Shown: positions 25,500-32,000 of the stretch, one piece after another
Layout: each line of letters begins with the position of its first letter
Numbering within the stretch: the stretch's first letter is position 1
Translations under genes and position numbers: made by a program
DNA from: Erysipelotrichaceae bacterium
Lineage (GTDB): Bacteria; Bacillota_I; Bacilli_A; Erysipelotrichales; Erysipelotrichaceae
Direction of reading: 5' to 3'
DNA length: 32,000 bases
Assembly: GCA_963663995.1 (NCBI GenBank)
Contig: OY760660.1
Location: 1,530,001-1,562,000 of the forward strand
The notes under the pieces: model-generated
Databases searched by the model: none
What the model was told of the DNA's origin: nothing
What the model saw: the letters and a program-made list of their open reading frames with translations, nothing else

Positions 25500-26743
25500 C
25501 ATTTAAAACTAGTGAAGAATTCTTAGATTATCTATTGCCTAGGATGTCTAAAGGTCGCTATGGAATCGATCATTTTAAGAAGGCAATGGATTATTTAAAA
25601 AACCCTCAATATGATCTAAAAGTAATCCATGTTGGTGGAACTAATGGGAAAGGTTCAACCACTAATTTTTTAAGAAGTATTTATCAAAATAATGACTATA
25701 AAGTAGGAACATTTACCTCTCCTCATTTAGAAGTTCATAATGATCGTATTCGTATTAATGATATTTATATCAGTAATGAAAAAATACTGGATTATGGAAA
25801 TCGTTTTTATGAAGTTTCTGAATCATTTAATTTATCCATGTTTGAAATAGATGTATTGATTGCGGTGATGTATTTCTTAGATGAGAAAGTTGATGTGGCC
25901 ATTTTTGAAGTTGGACTTGGAGGAAGATTAGATGCGACGAATATTGTTGATCCTATCGCTTCAGTCATAACAACCATTGGATTTGATCATATGGAGTACT
26001 TAGGGGACACTTTAGAAAAGATTAGTGCTGAAAAAGCAGGTATTATTAAGCCTTTTAGAAAAGTCTTTGTGGGTGAACCTAAAGAAGAATGTATCAATGT
26101 TTTTAAGAATAAAGCAAAAGAATTAAACTGTGAGTTTAATCAAGTTGCTTTAGCACAAGAGGTGCATATTGATAAGGGTTGTTGTTTTGATTATGAAGGT
26201 CGAGAAATTCATTTACAATCATTGGCTAAATATCAAGCAAACAATGCACACTTAGCTTTAGAGGTTGCGAAAGGTTTAAAGGATATTCTTCCTTATGACT
26301 TAGATAAAGCGATTGAGGGTGTTCATTCAACAATTTGGAAAGGTCGCTTTGAAGAATATTTGAAGCCACAACGAATTATTCTAGATGGTGCCCATAATGA
26401 ACATGGAATGCAGGCATTAGTTGATAGTATAGATGTTTTGAAACATCCACGTATTGCCGTATTTAGTGCTCTAAGAGATAAAGACACAGATGGGATGATT
26501 GAGGATTTATTAAAGGTTTGTGATCAAGTGATTGTAACTCACTTTGAATTCTATCGTGCAGAAAGTCTTGAAAACCTAGCAAAGGACTATAACGTTTTAG
26601 CCATAGAAGATCCAAAACTCGCTATTGAAAAAGCTTATGAATTAAGTAATAATGGGTCTTTATTAATTACAGGATCTCTTTATTTCATTTCGTTAGTCAG
26701 ACAAGAGATTTTAGAACAACTTAAGAAAGAAGGAGTTTTTTGA
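25496..26743 (+). CDS. folC: bifunctional folylpolyglutamate synthase / dihydrofolate synthase
   Basis: Start at the ATG at 25496 (ATGA overlap with the ung stop). Mur-ligase P-loop HVGGTNGKGST. Other motifs are FEVGLGGRLDATN and DGAHN. Confidence 0.9.
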   Translation: MTFKTSEEFLDYLLPRMSKGRYGIDHFKKAMDYLKNPQYDLKVIHVGGTNGKGSTTNFLRSIYQNNDYKVGTFTSPHLEVHNDRIRINDIYISNEKILDYGNRFYEVSESFNLSMFEIDVLIAVMYFLDEKVDVAIFEVGLGGRLDATNIVDPIASVITTIGFDHMEYLGDTLEKISAEKAGIIKPFRKVFVGEPKEECINVFKNKAKELNCEFNQVALAQEVHIDKGCCFDYEGREIHLQSLAKYQANNAHLALEVAKGLKDILPYDLDKAIEGVHSTIWKGRFEEYLKPQRIILDGAHNEHGMQALVDSIDVLKHPRIAVFSALRDKDTDGMIEDLLKVCDQVIVTHFEFYRAESLENLAKDYNVLAIEDPKLAIEKAYELSNNGSLLITGSLYFISLVRQEILEQLKKEGVF

Positions 26744-27528
26744 TGATTTATGGTCAAATAGCATCGGGGGTTGGCATTTTTGCCTTAGCATACTTAGCAT
26801 TTTACAAACAGGGGTTTAAATTTGAAGTATCCACTTTAGTAAAAGTTAGTTTTCTAGTACTTGTATCCTTTGTGTTAGCACTCTTTTCTTGGTTTATTCC
26901 GATTATGGGATTTCCAGCCATTAAGATTGGTTTTTCACAAATACCTTTAATGTTAGTTGGTTTCTTATTTGGACCTTCATGGGGTTTTTTAGCGGGTCTT
27001 AGTGCAGATATGATTGAACTAATGAGTGGAACAATTGTTTTACCATTCTTTGGTTTTACTTTAAATAAAATATTAATCGCGATGATCCCAGGGATTATTC
27101 GTAAATATAAAGAAAAAGCAAATCTTTATGAAATCGTTGTGTTTGTGATGGCACTCAGTGCAGCGGCTATTGCATATGTCTTTACACGTGAAAGTGTAAC
27201 CATCAATGATGTTTTGATTGCGGTCAATATCAATACTAAAATTATTGTTTCACTAGGGATAACAATTTTAAGTTCTGCGCTTGTTTATGCGATTCACGCA
27301 ATCACCAAACATGAGATTTTTGATTATACCTATCTTTGGGTATTTTCAGTGATTTTAGTTGAGCTAGCAGTGAATCTAACATTAACACCTATCTGGTTAA
27401 ATATCATGTATGGTTTACCGATTTCAGTTAGCGTAACAGTGCGTTTATTAAAAATCGTGCTAATGATTCCGTTTAGCGCTTTTATCGGACTCTTTTCAAT
27501 TAGAGTACTGACAAAAGTTAAGGTTTAA
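26743..27528 (+). CDS. folT: folate-family ECF transporter S component (FolT-like), enlarged to about 8 predicted TM helices
   Basis: The segment IKIGFSQIPLMLVGFLFGPSWGFLAGLSADMI...FFGFTLNKIL matches the FolT core as I recall it. The start overlaps the folC stop (TGATG). SD AAGGAG is at 26729-26734. Confidence 0.65.
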   Translation: MIYGQIASGVGIFALAYLAFYKQGFKFEVSTLVKVSFLVLVSFVLALFSWFIPIMGFPAIKIGFSQIPLMLVGFLFGPSWGFLAGLSADMIELMSGTIVLPFFGFTLNKILIAMIPGIIRKYKEKANLYEIVVFVMALSAAAIAYVFTRESVTINDVLIAVNINTKIIVSLGITILSSALVYAIHAITKHEIFDYTYLWVFSVILVELAVNLTLTPIWLNIMYGLPISVSVTVRLLKIVLMIPFSAFIGLFSIRVLTKVKV

Positions 27529-27564
27529 TTACAGTTGACGCAATAAGTGACCGCGATTCTAAGG

Positions 27565-27570
27565 TATAAT
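27565..27570 (+). promoter_or_regulatory. consensus -10 hexamer TATAAT upstream of glgC (no good -35 found)
   Basis: TATAAT lies 32 nt upstream of the glgC ATG. The TTGACG at 27535-27540 is 24 nt away, too far to act as its -35. Confidence 0.35.
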
Positions 27571-27602
27571 ATAGTTAACATGTACCAAGTTTGGAGGTCA
27601 TC

Positions 27603-28724
27603 ATGCGAGATAATTCTATGATCGCGATGATATTGGCTGGTGGGAGAGGCTCACGCCTTTTAGACTTGACCAATAAAGTTGCAAAACCGGCGGTATATTT
27701 TGGGGGCAAATACCGCATAATTGACTTCCCCCTAAGTAATTGTGCCAATTCTGATATCAACATTGTAGGAGTGTTGACTCAGTATGAATCGGTACTTTTG
27801 AATTCCTATGTTACTCAAGATTCTAGATGGGGTCTTGATGCGAAAGACAGTGGAATTTATGTCCTACCTCCACGTGAGAAAAGTGAAGGCTTTGGTCTTT
27901 ATCGTGGAACAGCGGACGCTATCACACAAAACATTGATTTTGTGGATCAATATAATCCAGAACATGTGCTCATCTTATCAGGTGATCATATTTATAAAAT
28001 GGATTATGATGCAATGCTTCAACAACACATTGAAAATGAAGCTGACGTAACAATCGGTGTGCTCGAAGTTACGTTAGAAGAAGCGACTCGTTTTGGGATT
28101 ATGAATACTGATTCTAAAGATCGTATCATTGAGTTTGAAGAAAAACCGGCTCATCCTAAAAACAACTTAGCTTCAATGGGAATCTATATTTTTAATTGGA
28201 AAGAATTACGTGCTTCTTTGATTAATGATTTACACAAAGAAAATTCTAACCACGATTTTGGAAAAGATATTATTCCAGAATTTATTAATACAGGTAAGCG
28301 TTTATTTGCTTATCGTTTTAAAGGTTATTGGAAAGATGTTGGGACCATTGATTCATTATGGGAAGCCAATATGGACTTACTTTACAATTCAGATGAGCTA
28401 AATTTAGCTGATCCTGATTGGAAAATATATTCAGAAGATATTACGATGCCACCTCAATATGTGGGGCCAGATGCATCGGTTGAAAATGCTTATATTACAC
28501 AAGGTTGTGTCATTGATGGAACAGTTATTAATTCTGTTTTATTTACTGGCGCAGTTGTAGAAAAAGACGCTGTGGTCAAAGACAGTGTTTTAATGCCATT
28601 CTCAGTCATTAAATCAGGTGCGAAAGTTGAAAGAGCGATTATCGCCGATGATGTTGTTATAGGTAAAGATCAGAAAGTCGGAGACGCAAAAAGCGAAATT
28701 AGCTTAATTGCGAAATCGATTTAA
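27603..28724 (+). CDS. glgC: glucose-1-phosphate adenylyltransferase, catalytic subunit GlgC
   Basis: Start at the ATG at 27603, 5 nt after GGAGG. N-terminal LAGGRGSRL motif and [11 protein letters not shown] left-handed beta-helix forms the C-terminus. Confidence 0.93.
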   Translation: MRDNSMIAMILAGGRGSRLLDLTNKVAKPAVYFGGKYRIIDFPLSNCANSDINIVGVLTQYESVLLNSYVTQDSRWGLDAKDSGIYVLPPREKSEGFGLYRGTADAITQNIDFVDQYNPEHVLILSGDHIYKMDYDAMLQQHIENEADVTIGVLEVTLEEATRFGIMNTDSKDRIIEFEEKPAHPKNNLASMGIYIFNWKELRASLINDLHKENSNHDFGKDIIPEFINTGKRLFAYRFKGYWKDVGTIDSLWEANMDLLYNSDELNLADPDWKIYSEDITMPPQYVGPDASVENAYITQGCVIDGTVINSVLFTGAVVEKDAVVKDSVLMPFSVIKSGAKVERAIIADDVVIGKDQKVGDAKSEISLIAKSI

Positions 28725-28737
28725 GGGGGACAGAAAA

Positions 28738-29853
28738 ATGAAAAACGTTTTAGGTATCATTAGTTTCGACGATGCATCTGTACGAGTTGCAGGTCTAGAC
28801 GAATATCGTCCTATTCCTTCATTATCTTTCTTAGGTCGTTATCGATTAATTGACTTTATCTTATCGAACTATACCAATTCAGGGATTAAAGATGTTCAAG
28901 TTTATGTTAAAAACAAACCACGTTCAGTGATAGAACACTTAGGAACAGGTCGCCAATACAACATTAATTCTAAACATGGACGTTTACGTATATTGACTGG
29001 TGAAAGTAGTGTTCAATCAGAAGCTTATAACCATGATGTGACATCTTATTTACAAAACATTAATCATATCGAAAGTAATAATGCAGAGTATGTTGTTGTT
29101 GCGCCAAGTCATATGATTTACACGGTTGATTTCAGAAAAGTTTTTGACTATCACCATGAAACAAAAGCCGATGTGACAGTCCTATATAAAACAATTGATA
29201 ATGCGAATGTATCATTTATTGGATCAGATACGCTTATCTTAGATTCCAATAAACGAGTCATTGATATTGAAAAGAATCGTGGTAAGTTTAAAAATCGTCA
29301 TGCCTCTTTATCAGCTTATGTTATGAGTAAAGAGTTATTCATGAACATGGTGCACTTAGCTGACAATTTATCCTCTTTCTATACTTTAAGAGATGCATTA
29401 CAAGAACAAGTAAAAGATCTAAAGATGATGGGTTATTCTGTAGATAGTTATGTGGCATGTATTAATTCTATTCAAGCCTATTTTGATGCTAACCAAGAAT
29501 TATTAAATGCTAAATTAGCTTCTAAACTATTTAGTTTAGATTGGCCAATTCATACAAGAACTAACGACTCATGCCCAACGCGTTACACCAAGGATGCGAA
29601 GGTTGTCAATACGATGATATCAAATGGTTGTTTGATTGAAGGTGAACTTAAGAATTCTGTCATTGGTCGTGGGGTTGTCGTCAATAAAGGAGTAGTGATT
29701 GAAAATTCAATTGTTTTAGCTGGCGCAATCATTTCTGAAAACACGACTATTAAAAACTCAATCGTTGATAAAGAAGCGATTGTGGATAAAACAAAAGAAT
29801 TGATTGGTAAAACTGATCAAGTCATGTATGTGAAAAGGAGTGATCGAATTTGA
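28738..29853 (+). CDS. glgD: glucose-1-phosphate adenylyltransferase regulatory subunit GlgD
   Basis: Start at the ATG at 28738, after AAGGGGGA. It is a GlgC paralogue lacking the GGxGxRL loop (FLGRYRLIDF is retained). Its position between glgC and glgA is typical of Bacillota. Confidence 0.88.
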   Translation: MKNVLGIISFDDASVRVAGLDEYRPIPSLSFLGRYRLIDFILSNYTNSGIKDVQVYVKNKPRSVIEHLGTGRQYNINSKHGRLRILTGESSVQSEAYNHDVTSYLQNINHIESNNAEYVVVAPSHMIYTVDFRKVFDYHHETKADVTVLYKTIDNANVSFIGSDTLILDSNKRVIDIEKNRGKFKNRHASLSAYVMSKELFMNMVHLADNLSSFYTLRDALQEQVKDLKMMGYSVDSYVACINSIQAYFDANQELLNAKLASKLFSLDWPIHTRTNDSCPTRYTKDAKVVNTMISNGCLIEGELKNSVIGRGVVVNKGVVIENSIVLAGAIISENTTIKNSIVDKEAIVDKTKELIGKTDQVMYVKRSDRI

Positions 29854-31427
29854 CCCATATACTCTATGTAGCTTCGGAAGGTCTACCGTTTGTTAAAACA
29901 GGTGGTCTAGCTGATGTCATTGGTTCATTACCTGAGGCGATGACAAAAGAAAAATTTAAAGTCTCAGTGGTTATGCCACTCTATTTGAAGGTTGCTCGTA
30001 GTGAGCATTCAACGCTAACTCGTTTGAAAACATTCCCAATAGAAGTAGGTGATTTTAATACCATTGCGACGGTCTACTCCCGTCAAGAAAAGAATGTCAC
30101 TTACTATCTTATTGAACACGCAGGATATTTTGAACGTGAAGGTTATTACGGTTATGCTGATGATGGAGAACGTTTTGCCTATTTCAATCATGTTGTACTA
30201 CGCATGATCGAAGAAAAGATTGTAGAACCAGATGTTTTACATTCTCATGATTGGCATGCTGGGTTTGTATCATTATTATCTAAAACCGTATATGTTGATC
30301 GTGTAAAACCGATGTTTACTATCTTTACTATTCATAATCTTCTCTATCAAGGTGTATTCCCTTATGAAATGTTAGGCTCATGTTTAGGGTTAGGAAATGA
30401 CTGGTATTTTGATGGTCGTTTACGTTTCAAACATGGTATTAGCTTTATGAAAGCTGGGATAGCCTATTCTGACATTGTCACAACAGTATCTGAAACTTAT
30501 TCTAAAGAAATTCTTACACCATTCTTTGGTGAAGGAATGGAAGATATTCTAAGACTAAGAGAATATGATTTATATGGTATTGTTAATGGCATTGATATGG
30601 ATGCCTGGGACCCAAGTAAAGATGATAGTCTAAGTGAAAAATATAGTGTAAAGACTGTTGAAAAGGGTAAACGTATCAATAAACTTAAACTTCAAGAAGA
30701 CTTAGGTTTACGTGTTGACGAAAACGTCATGTTGTTAGGTATGGTTTCACGTTTAACCAATCAAAAGGGTATTGGTTTAATTCTTGAAGCGATGAATGAC
30801 ATAATGGGTTGGGATATTCAACTTGTTATTTTAGGAACTGGTGATCAATGGGCTGAAGAATCTCTAAGGTCGATTGAATTTAAATATCCAAGACGAGCTG
30901 TTTACTATTGTGGATACAATGAAGCACTAGCTCATCGAATCTATGCAGCAAGTGATGTATTCATCATGCCTTCCATTTTTGAGCCTTGTGGTATCTCACA
31001 ATTGATTGCGATGCGTTATGGTAGTCTACCAGTTGTTCGTGAAACAGGCGGCTTAAAAGATACCGTTATGCCATTTAATGAATTTACTGATGAAGGTGAA
31101 GGTTTTAGCTTTGGTCCTGCTGATGTGAATGACTTCAAGCGTGTATTATGGTATGCCTGGGATGTCTTTACTTATCGTAAAGAAAAACTTGCAGCACTTC
31201 GTAAGAATGCGATGATTAAGGATGTTTCTTGGTCGAAATCTGCTAAAGCATATGCTGATTTAATTAATAATAAATTAAATGAACGTAAAGTGGCAGACAA
31301 GAAAGCTAATGAAGCCACAAAAAAAGCTGAAACTAAAAAGAAAGCTCCAGTCAAAAAGGCAACAAGTGCCAAAAAGACAGGCACAGCTAAAAAGGCAACA
31401 ACTAAGAAAGCTGTTGTTAAGAAATAA
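29850..31427 (+). CDS. glgA: glycogen synthase GlgA (GT5) with an unusual 51-aa lysine-rich C-terminal extension
   Basis: TTG start overlapping the glgD TGA, with SD AAGGAG 8-10 nt upstream. The KTGGLADV motif is at the N-terminus. The canonical end near SWSKSAKAYADLINN is followed by KLNERKVADKKANEATKKAETKKKAPVKKATSAKKTGTAKKATTKKAVVKK. Confidence 0.93.
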   Translation: MTHILYVASEGLPFVKTGGLADVIGSLPEAMTKEKFKVSVVMPLYLKVARSEHSTLTRLKTFPIEVGDFNTIATVYSRQEKNVTYYLIEHAGYFEREGYYGYADDGERFAYFNHVVLRMIEEKIVEPDVLHSHDWHAGFVSLLSKTVYVDRVKPMFTIFTIHNLLYQGVFPYEMLGSCLGLGNDWYFDGRLRFKHGISFMKAGIAYSDIVTTVSETYSKEILTPFFGEGMEDILRLREYDLYGIVNGIDMDAWDPSKDDSLSEKYSVKTVEKGKRINKLKLQEDLGLRVDENVMLLGMVSRLTNQKGIGLILEAMNDIMGWDIQLVILGTGDQWAEESLRSIEFKYPRRAVYYCGYNEALAHRIYAASDVFIMPSIFEPCGISQLIAMRYGSLPVVRETGGLKDTVMPFNEFTDEGEGFSFGPADVNDFKRVLWYAWDVFTYRKEKLAALRKNAMIKDVSWSKSAKAYADLINNKLNERKVADKKANEATKKAETKKKAPVKKATSAKKTGTAKKATTKKAVVKK

Positions 31428-31433
31428 TCATCT

Positions 31434-31461
31434 AAAAGGCTAGCAAACGCTAGCCTTTTTT
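31434..31461. terminator. bidirectional rho-independent terminator between convergent glgA and the aldehyde dehydrogenase gene
   Basis: GGCTAGC (31438-31444) pairs with GCTAGCC (31449-31455). The loop is AAAC. A-run on the left and T-run on the right. Confidence 0.85.
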
Positions 31462-31464
31462 GTA

Positions 31465-32000
31465 CTAATCATAATAAGCTGTATAATTTTCAGATAAACT
31501 TACATAAACAGTCTTAAGTTGACTATATGATTCTAGTGCTGATTTATGATTCTCACGACCATAACCTGTTTTTTTATAACCACCAAATGGTGTACCTGAT
31601 GGAGCCAAATGATATTCATTAATCCAGAATAGTCCTGTATCTATAGCCATAGCTACACGAAGTGCTTTATTGATATCTTTCGTCCAACATGCGCCAGCTA
31701 AGCCAAAGTCTGAATCATTAGCCATTTCAATGACATCCTCTTCATCTTTGAAAGGGATCACACAAAGAACTGGTCCAAATATTTCTTCTTGAGCAATACG
31801 CATTTTATTATCGACATCTCTAAAGATAGTTGGTTCAACAAAATAACCTTTATCGAATGGTTCTTTGTTTAAGCGATGGCCACCATAAGCAAGTTTTGCC
31901 CCTTCATCTAATCCGATCTGAATATAATTTAGAACAGAATTCATCTGCTTCTCACTGATGAGGGTTGCCATACGTGTCTCTTCATTTTCTGGAAGACCAA
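31465..32000 (-). CDS. NAD(P)-dependent aldehyde dehydrogenase, C-terminal part (5' end beyond the window)
   Basis: The frame stays open upstream of the ORF-track Met (..GLPENEETRMATLISEKQ). ALDH motifs include EEIFGPV, FGLAGACWT and PFGGYKKTGYGRE. Confidence 0.85.
   Translation of the reverse strand, partial: GLPENEETRMATLISEKQMNSVLNYIQIGLDEGAKLAYGGHRLNKEPFDKGYFVEPTIFRDVDNKMRIAQEEIFGPVLCVIPFKDEEDVIEMANDSDFGLAGACWTKDINKALRVAMAIDTGLFWINEYHLAPSGTPFGGYKKTGYGRENHKSALESYSQLKTVYVSLSENYTAYYD

Noticed and set aside
26700-26745. A THF (folate) riboswitch expected upstream of folT.
   Set aside because: folT overlaps the folC stop, so no non-coding space exists. No long leader precedes ung or folC either.
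3191-28737. N-terminal extensions in the ORF track, at 3191, 7372, 15591, 23405 (GTG), 24789, 25484, 26740, 27591 and 28708.
   Set aside because: In each case an internal ATG has a proper SD and restores the family-typical N-terminus. The extension runs through the upstream gene, a terminator or an intergenic hairpin, so I trimmed the starts.
28740-28753. Palindrome AAAACGTTTT at the glgD start, considered as a cre site.
   Set aside because: It has four mismatches to TGWAANCGNTNWCA at the critical outer TG/CA positions, and it lies inside coding sequence.
1627-31384. About twenty short ORFs (60-88 aa) in the six-frame track that lie antisense or in an alternative frame inside larger genes. 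They start at 1627, 4436, 5963, 7695, 9833, 11421, 11659, 12636, 16354, 17605, 19372, 20519, 20803, 21933, 22492, 24282, 25096, 27575, 27808, 30497 and 31172.
   Set aside because: Each is fully nested in a well-supported CDS with recognisable family motifs. None has an SD or promoter. Their compositions are what AT-rich mirror frames produce. The one at 31172-31384 is simply the antisense of the lysine-rich glgA tail.
1-32000. An alternative genetic code (TGA read as Trp, as in Mollicutes), considered because of the low G+C content.
   Set aside because: TGA is the natural stop of rlmH, glgD, ung and folC at family-typical lengths, and all large ORFs are intact under the standard code.
1-32000. 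Mobile elements, CRISPR arrays, tRNA/rRNA genes, toxin-antitoxin pairs and defence-island content.
   Set aside because: I found no direct-repeat/spacer periodicity and no integrase, transposase or recombinase-like ORF. No intergenic region exceeds about 110 nt. Every ORF above about 150 aa has a housekeeping or carbohydrate-metabolism assignment, except the DUF2202 and PucR-like proteins.

Overview
AT-rich chromosome segment of Bacillota type that uses the standard genetic code (TGA terminates rlmH, glgD, ung and folC). Genes lie almost entirely on the + strand. Bases 1-7012 hold the conserved gdpP-rplI-dnaB block, followed by an M23/LysM/G5 peptidase, walJ(yycJ), htrA and rlmH. The rest is a dispersed cytoplasmic alpha-glucan (glycogen/maltodextrin) locus. 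In order it contains monocistronic ptsH, pgm-glgB, glgP, a signal-less type I pullulanase, a GH13 alpha-glucosidase with a short PucR-type HTH protein, an orphan MsmX/MalK ATPase, two non-canonical GH13 enzymes (435 and 694 aa), an orphan MalE-like binding protein, and glgC-glgD-glgA. An exported DUF2202 ferritin-like gene and ung-folC-folT interrupt it. The 3' part of an aldehyde dehydrogenase gene (- strand) closes the window. I found no CRISPR array, tRNA/rRNA, transposase, integrase, phage or defence-island hallmark, and I cannot honestly point to a new multi-gene system; this looks like core metabolism. The best leads are regulatory or architectural. (1) The msmX and 694-aa GH13 promoters share a composite architecture, with a degenerate third copy at glgP: a TGTGn-N5-GCACA box, a cre-like operator in the spacer, an extended -10 and a very short leader. 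The first copy starts 4 nt after the stop of the short PucR-type regulator gene. (2) GlgA carries a 51-aa histone-H1-like Lys/Ala/Thr tail. (3) Two GH13 enzymes have GlgE/maltosyltransferase-like motifs instead of canonical region I. (4) The exported DUF2202 gene has an 8-2-8 palindrome abutting its SD. (5) Two perfect cre boxes lie upstream of ptsH and just after the pullulanase stop. All functional calls rest on motif recognition by eye; no database search was run.
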